In this document: one piece after another, positions 33,775 through 43,408 of the stretch | Layout of the letters: each line of letters opens with the position of its first letter | How positions within the stretch are numbered: the stretch's first letter is position 1 | Assembly (NCBI GenBank): GCA_012862495.1 | Contig: BLSG01000237.1 | Span: 10,762-58,872, forward strand | DNA: 48,111 nt | Reading direction: 5' to 3' | Origin: Thraustochytrium aureum | Lineage: Eukaryota | The notes under the pieces: generated by a model | Seen by the model: only the letters and a program-made list of their open reading frames with translations | Told to the model about the DNA's origin: nothing | The model's database searches: none | Made by a program: the position numbers and the translations under genes

Positions 33775-34329
33775 AGTACCCCTCCACTGCTGCGTCATTT
33801 TGCTGCGGTGCCGGCGAACAAACTGCAACGGATGGCCCTGCCGGTGAGCAGTTACGAGATGCCAACCGGCGGCCCTGCGGACAAAACCAGCTTCTGGCCC
33901 TTGCTGCGCGTTTATTGCGAGCGTTGAGGCGCCGCATGCAAAAACCAGCCTGCGGGCAGTGCGTCGTGCATCGGGCTTTGCAACGTGCAGCACTCCAACT
34001 GAGGACGACTTGTGGCAAGAAGCTTGAAGTGAAAATGATCCACCCTGATTGATGAACGCCATTGCCTTGCCTTGAAAGTTAGTTCTGGAGCCTGAAGAAG
34101 GACACCTCTGCGCGCGACAAAAGCCGCTAGCTGAAGAGAGCCCCCAGGCCTGTCCTGTCCCGTAGGGAGAACCAGACTGACGTACAAAACCCTGAAGTTG
34201 ACAAAGCGCCTGACGAATCATGGCCTCCCTTCCTTCCAACGTTGGCGCGAGACGTCAGTGACAATCCTTTTGGTGACAACCACCACCCGCGGATCGATCG
34301 ACTCTTCAACAAAACAAAAAACAAGTTGA

Positions 34330-34760
34330 TTAATCTGTGGTCTGCGAAGAAGATGCACGCCGCGGCAGGGAGAAGCGGTGCCCACTGGCAGACGAAAGAG
34401 ACAATCGCGAAGCGGAAGTGGCAACGGCCTTGGTGAGTGAGCGCCTCGCCTCAGAAAGCGAGGCCCGAGACGACGCCCGCGAACGAAAGACGCCGTCCAT
34501 GACTGGTTCGAGATCGTCCAACTCGTCAATTGGGAGCGGAACGTTAACGAGGTCGAGACCTGTCGGCACCCAGTGCCGGAGGAGATCTGCAAGGCTCCAG
34601 ATGGACCCGCGCAGCTTGACCGGGTCTTCCATCCGTGAGCCAAACATGTTGCGAAGGCTAAGACGCGACCCGACGCGTTGGCTGAGGCGTTTGAGGCTCG
34701 CCCGCAGGCTGGACCGCGCGGAGGCACCTTCAGCAGCATCCGTGTTTTCATCGTTCGTGG
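34330..34760 (-). CDS. U-box-like segment immediately downstream of the NEL domain in a shifted frame; possibly the true C-terminus of the LRR-NEL protein
   Basis: 'LRNMFGSRMEDPVKLRGSIWSLADLLRHWVPTGLDLVNVPL' resembles the U-box pattern 'L....M.DPV.L.....Y....I..W......P....L'. Confidence 0.4.
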
Positions 34761-37700
34761 CCCTCTCTCGAACTCTGGAGATCTGCACTCCGTTGTGCCT
34801 TGCGGACAAGGTCGTCCCAGCTGAGCACTTGGGCGGCCTCGAAGCGGCGCTGTCGCTGCCATTCAGGCCACGCTTCGAGCCAGGCCGAGAATTCGTCCTC
34901 CGAGACAGCCAGCGCGGCGTCTTGCACTGCCAGGAGTTCGGCTTCAGATACATCCACGTAACTGGGAAAGATCATCTTGGAGGCAGAGACCGGAAGCCCG
35001 AGCGGCTCGCGCAGCTCGATCTCGTACCGGAGGTAGACGCAGACGTCGTCGACCCAGGTAAGTTGCGAAATCTTTTCTTGCGCCGCCTTGTGCACGATCC
35101 CGAGCCGCATCACGCCAAGGCCCAGCTTTCGCAACTTGGAGCGATCCCCGCGTGCCCGCGCGATCTTGCCTACGAGCTCGATCTGGTTGAGCGCCCACAC
35201 TGGCTTGTCGTGGCATGCATCGATGCTGTCTTCCATGCGCTGGATTGCTTCCACACGGGAGTCGATATCGAGCACGTCAGACGCCTGGCTCGAGGCCTCT
35301 TTCGGTGGGGCCTTGAGGAGTTGCAGCAACTCGACCACCCTCTTTGCGAGCCCAACGTGGGTCTCTTCGAAGGCGCACTCTTTAGCCCCTCTTAGCATGC
35401 TGAGGAACTCGAGCACGCCATGTAGGCTTGCCTTCGGCACGGAGACCCCCTCAACAACTGGCTTGCTTGCCACGCCGCACCAGTACTTGCAGGCCTCTCG
35501 TAGGTCTTCAAAGAGCAGTATTCCGTGCCGGCTCGTCTGGACGGCACGGCGATTCACACGAAACCGGACGTTGGCCGCTTCGGAGGAACGCAGCCACTCG
35601 AGACCTTGCTCCGGGATACCCGACCCCCCGAGAGACACCGTGTGGAAATCGGCCTGCCCGAGCGGTGGCGGCCAATCGAGAAACGCCGAGGGGATGGACT
35701 CTAGGGCAGTGCAGTCTTCCAAGTTTAGATCTCCGCCAACGAAAAGGTCGCCCGAGAGCCGGGTCAGAGCCGCGTTGCCTGCGAGGGTCGCATCATTTTC
35801 GACCAAGATACCCGACGGCAAGACCTCGAGGCCTGTGGCGCAGATCGTGAGTGACCGGACATGAAGGCTGCTTTCAAGCCGCCGAAGCTGGGGCAGCCTC
35901 ATGAGCACGAGGTCGCCGGGTATACCAGGAAACTCGGACCCGATCGCTTCGAATGCGTTGCAGTCGGAAATTTCAATCGATTCGGCTGCCCCGATACGAC
36001 CCAGGGTGGCGAAGGTGCCGCACTTGATGATCTTCAAGCGGTTGCCTACCTCCGTCGTGTCGCCGACGGCAACAAACGCGTGGCATCTCTCGACACTGGC
36101 GTCTTCGCCAACGAAGATTTTGCCAAGCGACTCGAGACTGCTACATTTCGAAACGGAAGCAGAGTGACGAATGGTAACGCGCTTGCCGCCGCCCTCCGCT
36201 AGCGTTTTGATCCCAGCGCACTCGAGGATGGCGACATTGGTGAACTTGGTCGCCCCTGGCAAGGTCTTGATGCCAGCGCATCTCACCATATCAAGCGACA
36301 CGTGCGTTAGCCCGCATCTGGGGAGTTTGGAAAGCTGGTTGCAGTCCTTCACGACGAGCTCGAAACTGTCGTGCGCCTCCGTTTCAATCCATTCATCCCA
36401 GAGATCAATCAGACCAGGGAGGTTTGAAGCTATCAGCGATTCTCCGACGCGAAAGGAATTTGCCACAATTCGAATCATCGGGCAAGAGGCGACCTGGGCA
36501 ATCTCTTCGACCTCAAGCGTACCCGCCACAATTTGCAAGAGTGGGCAATCGGCAAATTCCGCCTTCCGCTGAACTTTGACGACCGCGTGCTCGCCAGCGA
36601 ACGCACTAATCGCAATGACGCGCAGCTTGCCCCCGACTGTGGCAGCATCTCTGATGCCCTGCTCGATCGCCGGGCAGGAGTAGAGTTCCAAGTCGTTCTC
36701 CACGGTGATGTTGGAAGGGAGGGATCTGAGCTTTGCGCAGCCTGATATGTAGAGCGAGCCTCCGACGCGCATATGCATGGGCAAACGCTCCAGGGAGCCG
36801 CAATTTTTCAGCCTCAGCGACGCGGAGCAATCCGCAAACCCAGGAGGGAGCTCCTTCAATGCGGAGCAGCCCTCGAGCGAGACGTCAGCAACGACGCGCG
36901 TCGATTGCGGTAAGTGGGTTAGCGAGGGGCAGTGTGAGAGATGGCAGGTCATCCCAACGCGAAGGCTGTCGTCCAGCTCGACGAACGCCGCACAGTTGTT
37001 GATTTGCAGCGTGCCGCCGACCTCAAGGTCGCGCGGCAGCTTCTTCAACTTGGGGCAGCTGTCGATGTGGAGGTGCCCCGGAACCATGCCAAGGCCGTCG
37101 AGGGAGCGAATGGGGCAACCCTTGAGCTCGACATCGAGCTCTACTTTGCCCACATTCACGGTCGCAAGGGCGTTGAGGTCGACGAGGCTCAGCGTTCCGC
37201 AGAGGCGAACAGCGTTGAGGTTGGCGAGCTTGGCGCACGCGCTCACCTGAAGGTCGCCGCCTAAGTTCAGGCCGCTCGGCAATTCAGTGAGTTGAGGCAG
37301 CCCGATCAAAAAAAGGGAGCCGCCCACGCCTTGAACGCTGAAGCTGGTCAAGCTCTGCAGCGCCTCGAGCACCAAGTCCTTACCAACAGAACCGATGGCC
37401 ATCGTTTTCACAGCGGGGCACGAACAAATGAGAAGCGAACCGCCAACGGAGATGGGAGCCACCGTCGGCGAGAACTTTTCACAGTTGATGACAACGAGAT
37501 TTGTCTCCACATGCTCGCACGCTCCGAGGTCGCGGCAGCCCACAGAGTCCAAGAACACGTCTCCCATGCTCGTGTTCAACTCTGGTAGTCCCGTCAGCGC
37601 GAGACAGTTTGAAAGCGAGCAGAAGCTTTGGACCTTTACGCCGCGCAACGATTTGAGTCGCGTGGCGCCAAAGACCTCAATAGATTCTGTGGAGAAACGG

Positions 37701-39075
37701 CAAGAATCGCTCCCGGCGATTTCCTCCAACCCGACAAGATTCAACCGCAACGAGTTTGAGTCGCCAACCTTTGTCGACAGTGGCGGAGATAGCGAAGCGC
37801 CGCATGTGGTTAGCACGAGCCGCAGCCGGCCAGCGAGATAGCTGGCTAAGAGGGAGCAAAACTTACACTTGGCGCGAGCGCCTTGAGGGCGGGAAGGTTG
37901 TCTGCGTCAATCTCCAGTGCCTTGAGGTGCCCTGCTGCGAACTCGCGCAACGACTCGCAGTCACGAGCCGCAATACCAGCACTCTCGACCACGCAGTCTT
38001 TTCCAGTGAGTCGCAACAGGCGGGGGCAAGACTTCACTTCCACATTGCCTTGGCGACACTGAAGGCTCCCCCCACAGAGCTGCTCCAAGCTCGATGCGGA
38101 GGTCACGATCAGGTTCCCGCCAAGTGCCAAGTCGCTGGTTGCGATGCTGCCCAGCTTGTGCACCGCGTGAAGCTTCAGAACACCGCCAACAGAGACGGTT
38201 CCACTCGCGAGGCGCTCTAGGCTCGCGCAGTTTGACACGGTGAGCGAGCCTTGCAAGTCGATCGCCTCGCTGACGTGGACGAGGCTCGGGCAGTTGCTAA
38301 TTTCGATGTTGCCGCCGACGGCGCTGGAAGTCAAGTTCGGGAGCTGCTGCAAGGCGTCGCAGTCCGCGATAGTGAGGTTGGCCCCAATGTTGATTTCGTC
38401 TGGGAGAGACTCGAGCTTGGGGCATAGTCTGACGTCGACGGATCCGTTGATGCAGAGCAGAGACGCGGGTAGCGACGTGAGGAGGTCGCATTGTGAAATG
38501 CGAGCAGTATTGCAGAAGGTGTCCTCGTCAATCTGTTCGAGCGAGCTCACAGAAACAAGCCTGAGAGTGCCACCGACCCGCAGTCCGGCGGGGAGGCGCG
38601 CCACTGGGACGCAGGTAAGCGACAACGCCTCGCCAACGACGAGGTCCTCCGGAAGCGACAGCGGCAAGTTGCTCATGCTGATGTTCAAGTTGCCGGTGAG
38701 CCGCAGTCCCGCTGGGAGAGAAGACGGGTACTCCCTGCAAAGCTGCAGATCGCCTCTAATAAGCAGCCCAGGACCGAGGTCGCGGCCCGCCAGCGCTCCC
38801 GCCAGCTCGTCCGTTGCCCAGCTCAGGTCTTTGGTCCAGCTCACGCGCGCTTCCACGCGCGCGACAAAAGCGCTCCGAAAGCGGAACTCGTCTTCCGAGT
38901 CAGCGGCGTGCACCCACTCAGCCAGCCGCTCTGCCGCATCCTCGAGCTCTTCCTCCGAGGCCGGAGCGCACGCTGCGTCGGTGGCCGCGGCGGCAACTTG
39001 AGCCTCGTCGCTGCTCTCGCCCACTTTGGCTGGCACCACCGCGCGCTTGAGCGACCGCCGTTTCGGGTCCGCCAT
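34748..39075 (-). CDS. Large LRR protein with C-terminal NEL (IpaH/SspH/SlrP-type) E3 ubiquitin ligase domain; exons 39075-37867 and 37768-34748, ~1409 aa; possible frameshifted extension to 34330
   Basis: Dozens of ~22-aa repeats 'L.I..C..L..LP..L.VGG.L'. NEL-like block 'FLSMLR...LAKRVVELL', 'R..AI..MEDS..ACHDK....LNQI', 'LG.G..RL..V...A..K...L..VDDV.VYL.Y...L...L.LP.....M.F.....V...L..A...V...F..WL..WP.W'. A phase-0 GT-AG intron joins the two ORFs. Confidence 0.85.
37769..37866 (-). other. Spliceosomal intron, 98 nt, phase 0, in the LRR-NEL gene
   Basis: The minus strand reads CCAAGT|GTAAGT...GCTAAC...ACAAAG|GTTGGC. Removal joins 'LAPS' to 'VGDSNSLRL' in frame and removes the stop at 37846. 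Confidence 0.85.
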
Positions 39076-39739
39076 GCTCGCTCCCGCTGTGTGTCTCTCG
39101 CGCAGCTCTCCAGCTAGTAGACCAGGCAGCCCTCCACGCCAGCCGAGCGCGTTCGCGTTGCGGCTCTGTGAGGCAGGACGGCGCGCTGGCATCCGCGACC
39201 GACCGCGCTCCCGCGAGAGTGTACTTGGGAGGAGCAGCACACACTTTGACACGTGCACTGCTCACGCACCTCGCGCACCAGCGAGCCCAGTGGGCTCGTG
39301 CGTGTGCCCAGTTCGGGTGCAGCACGCGGGGCCAGTGAGCTCCGCTCGTGGGATGCCGTGATCATGATGAACTGCAACTTGAACGTGTGGTTCGGGCCGG
39401 CATGCAATCCGAGGCTCGACCGAGCTGTCTGGAGAGGGGGCAGAGGGTGGTGTTGCCATCACGCAACCACTGGCATCGACTCGGACGTGGCATCGACGTG
39501 GCATCGACGCTGCTTGTCGTGGTCCGCCAGTTGGGCTGTTGAGCGCCTGATCTGACTGCTTCTCCGTCGGTTGGCGGCATGCACAAGGAAAGCGCACGAT
39601 CCGCCAACGAGTGGAACTCGAGGGGGTGCGCTTGCAAGCACCGTTTCTAGCGGGACTGTGGCGCGAGACGGGGACCGCGCCGAAAGCGCGCAAGCTGGCG
39701 CTGATTGATGGTATCATTATTCTTGAAAAAGGCGATGTG

Positions 39740-40504
39740 CTAAAAGCCGGCTAAGTCTTCGTCCTCTTCCTCGTCGCCGCCTTGGTCCATCATGAGTTCC
39801 TGCTGTGCGTCCATGTCGATAGTTTGCGCGAGGCGCTCGCGCTCTTGGCGCGCCCGTTCGCGAGCCTCGTTCCGGGCCTTCTCCTCCTGCTCCTTCGCCT
39901 GGTCCTCCTCACGCTTGCGCATATTCTCCACCTGCAAGGCTTGCTCGCGAAGTGCTTGCATCTCCCTTGCGCGGTCCTCTTTCATCTTTTGCTCCAGGTC
40001 ACGCCGCTTTTGCAGCCGAGCCAGCTGAGCGCGATGCAGAGCGACGGCCTCTTTCCAAAGCGCAACAAGCGCCTCGCGCGGAATGGAGCCTTCGTTGTTG
40101 GCTGACTTTGGGGTCGGCGACTTGCGAGCCGGACCATCGGCGCCGTCATAGTCGCAGAGCGTCTCCCAGGCGCTGTACACTGGCCGCTCCTCTTCTTCCT
40201 CGGCAGCGCCAGCGTTTGCATCCACTCGCGCGGTGCTTTCCGCCGCCTCGACGGCCAAGAACACGGGTTGGAGCATGTGCTCGGGGCGCGGCCGCTTTCG
40301 CCCTTGCAAGACCTCCATGATCGCGTTTGCCCCGGGCGGCACCCTTGCTTGAGCAGCAACGGGGGCTCCTTGGGCGGCCGCCTCCTTGTCCTCGTCGGAT
40401 TCATCAACGTCAGACACGTCGACGTCCGAATCGGCCATCGGGGGCGCGCTGGTTGTCGCGGCCCTGCCAACCGGCAGCCTGATCTTCACCTTGAGACCAG
40501 ACAT
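39740..40504 (-). CDS. Charged coiled-coil protein ending in a BRD4/BET C-terminal-motif-like segment, with no bromodomain
   Basis: ATG at 40504 ('MSGLKVKIRL'), Glu/Arg/Gln coiled-coil, then 'ARERARQERERLAQTIDMDAQQELM', resembling the BRD4 CTM '[21 protein letters not shown]'. Confidence 0.6.
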   Translation of the reverse strand: MSGLKVKIRLPVGRAATTSAPPMADSDVDVSDVDESDEDKEAAAQGAPVAAQARVPPGANAIMEVLQGRKRPRPEHMLQPVFLAVEAAESTARVDANAGAAEEEEERPVYSAWETLCDYDGADGPARKSPTPKSANNEGSIPREALVALWKEAVALHRAQLARLQKRRDLEQKMKEDRAREMQALREQALQVENMRKREEDQAKEQEEKARNEARERARQERERLAQTIDMDAQQELMMDQGGDEEEDEDLAGF

Positions 40505-40949
40505 CCTCTCCGCGCGCGCGTCCTGCGCCTCGGCGATCAACCCGGGACAGCCTCTGCGCCGCCTTTGCGCAGCCTTTCCGGCGAAACGCCGGCGGCAGCT
40601 CAGGGGACTGCGGGCGAGGTTGACGACGGCCCTGTCCAACTGGGCATCCTTGCCGTCACTCGGGGAGTACCATGACGTGCGGCGAAGTGGGCCAGTTCAG
40701 GTTCACGTGCGCACCAAAGCGATCGATTCTGCGACTTGCTGCTTGCGCCCGCGGGAGGCTGGCCATTCGTTTCACTGTGCAACAGGTCGACCAGCAAGCA
40801 GTGCAAACTCCGGGGAATGTCGGGAGTCGCTTTGCTGGGCATCATCTCAGGATCTCAGGGTCGGGAAGCTGCAGCTCGATCGTGGCGAAGTACCCACGTG
40901 GTCCCGGTTTAGCCGCCAACGACTGGCAAGGGGTCGTTGTTGCATTTGA

Positions 40950-41080
40950 TCGAGGCAGCGGCAGGGGCCAGTTCCGAAAAGGCAAGCGCGCTCGCGGGGC
41001 TGCGATTTGCTCTTCGAGGCAGCGGCAGGGGCCAGTTCCGAAAAGGCAAGCGCGCTCGCGGGGCTGCGATTTGCTCTTCG
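40950..41080. repeat. Perfect 64-bp tandem duplication, followed by a short (GGC)n(CAG)n tract at ~41101-41129
   Basis: tcgaggcagcggcaggggccagttccgaaaaggcaagcgcgctcgcggggctgcgatttgctct starts at both 40950 and 41014. Confidence 0.93.
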
Positions 41081-43408
41081 CGGACCTGCAAGGACCGCCA
41101 CGGCGGCGGCAGCAGCAGCAGCAGCAGCATTGGCCGAAGTTCGAACCTTTCGCTTCTTGTTAACTACCTATGCGCAGAACGCTTACGGCGAGGACTGCTC
41201 GATCTACTGGCGTACGACCCGACCCGACCAGTGGAAAGTCTGCTGCTGCAACCTTGCCTCGCGTTCCTGATCGAGGGTTCCGCATCGCCATTTATTTTGA
41301 ACTGGCCGAGCATGCACCAAACCAAGGTTGGGCGAACGGGGCGAGTTCAAAGAAACGCGAATGCAGCGGCCACAGTGGTGTGTTCACCCCGAACTTGTCA
41401 ATGCACAGCGGATTGCTCCGGCCCGCGTCGCCGGTCCCCACGTTCAGTTTGTTTTCTTTCGCGCCCATAGCCGTCCGAAAGTGCGCCTGATCAGGATGCA
41501 ACACTGCCGGACTGCAGTGCGGTTGCAACCCACGAAGGCCGCAGACAAACCATCCAAAATTTGCCGGCGGCTGCCTGTGCTTTGGGCTTGCACGCCTGCA
41601 TCACAGGTTGGGCACTTTCGGCTTCGTTGAGCTAGCAGAGACCAACAGCTGCAGGCCTGACAAGTCTTTGTTGGGCTGGCCGCCAGCTGAATTCAGCGCC
41701 TGAGCCTGAACGATTGAGCTGATCTGTCGGACGTTTGGCTAACCAAACTTGGCAGGCCTCAAGCTGAACGTCCGGGAGAACTCGGTCTTGTTCAGAATCA
41801 TTCTTGAACAGGTAGGCCAACGTTGCGACTCTTGTGAGCCTCCAGGGGAAGGCCAGCCTGAGCATGACATGCTAACCTTCCTCCATGGGGAGGCACGAAC
41901 CGTTTGGATCGTTCCGGGGCCGCCAGCGGTATAGATTCGTCGGAAGCCTAGAACGAGGCGAATGGCCAGGTTGCACGCCCACTCATCATCATTACATGTG
42001 GCGGATGTCGTCGTATCGTCGACCTGAGCAACGTCTTGAAGGTCCGCCCTGTAAATTGGGCCAAGCCCAAGACCACGATGTATCATGTACTGGCGAGCGT
42101 TGGGCAAACGCTCTGTGTGGCGCCCAGGAAACGCTCGCCCACTCTTGGCGAGCATGCGCGTGCGAGCAGTGCTCACACGCCATGTGGTCGCAAGAGAGAT
42201 GGCGTTGGGGTCAAGCAGTCGACTTGACCCGTGCGTAGCACGAGGTGCCGAGATGTCACTGGCTGAAACGTCAGGAGCAGGCCTCTTCTACCATGCTTGC
42301 TCCTCCAAGAGCCGCTGTTTTCCCCTTTCGACGAGCTCTCCTTTTCCTCCGTTTCGTTCGCCTCGTGCCGTTGGCTGTGTTGTTTCCACCACCACCAAGC
42401 TCATCAGGAGCTCTTGAAAGAACCGCCGCATCTGGATGCCCACCAAAAAGGTTGGCAATGCTTCGCTTCATCGGGTAGGTCGCTTCTTCTTCTTCTTCTT
42501 CTTCTTCGTCGTCGTCTTCTTCTTCCATGCTCCTGGGGTCGAAGGTGCCTTTGCTCTGCAGCGGTTGTCGATGTGTGTTGCCACACCTGTTTGTTGTGTC
42601 TGGCCTATTTCTCCCGCTTTCTCCCGCGCCGTTGCTCATGATACAGCTGCTCGCCTCGCCAGGAATCGGCGACTCTGCTTCAACACTGCTTGGGCTCGAG
42701 TCGTCTTGCCAACCCCGCTCTCCATCATCCATTTCTTCTTCTTTTTTGCAGTCGTCGTGNNNNNNNNNNNNNNNNNNNNNNNNNNNNNNNNNNNNNNNNN
42801 NNNNNNNNNNNNNNNNNNNNNNNNNNNNNNNNNNNNNNNNNNNNNNNNNNNNNNNNNNNNNNNNNNNNNNNNNNNNNNNNNNNNNNNNNNNNNNNNNNNN
42901 NNNNNNNNNNNNNNNNNNNNNNNNNNNNNNNNNNNNNNNNNNNNNNNNNNNNNNNNNNNNNNNNNNNNNNNNNNNNNNNNNNNNNNNNNNNNNNNNNNNN
43001 NNNNNNNNNNNNNNNNNNNNNNNNNNNNNNNNNNNNNNNNNNNNNNNNNNNNNNNNNNNNNNNNNNNNNNNNNNNNNNNNNNNNNNNNNNNNNNNNNNNN
43101 NNNNNNNNNNNNNNNNNNNNNNNNNNNNNNNNNNNNNNNNNNNNNNNNNNNNNNNNNNNNNNNNNNNNNNNNNNNNNNNNNNNNNNNNNNNNNNNNNNNN
43201 NNNNNNNNNNNNNNNNNNNNNNNNNNNNNNNNNNNNNNNNNNNNNNNNNNNNNNNNNNNNNNNNNNNNNNNNNNNNNNNNNNNNNNNNNNNNNNNNNNNN
43301 NNNNNNNNNNNNNNNNNNNNNNNNNNNNNNNNNNNNNNNNNNNNNNNNNNNNNNNNNNNNNNNNNNNNNNNNNNNNNNNNNNNNNNNNNNNNNNNNNNNN
43401 NNNNNNNN

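Noticed and set aside
34337..35864. Plus-strand ORFs antisense to the NEL domain
   Set aside because: Shadow ORFs typical of high-GC coding sequence, with no recognisable motifs.
34748..39075. Bacterial contaminant carrying a type III effector
   Set aside because: It contains a canonical spliceosomal intron and is contiguous, without gaps, with eukaryotic-type genes of similar composition.
41600..42500. RecQ helicase or tyrosine-recombinase catalytic motifs downstream of the DUF3505-like ORF
   Set aside because: No Walker A or DExH motif found. 'LFGGH' is not followed by an appropriately placed Tyr in frame, so there is insufficient support.
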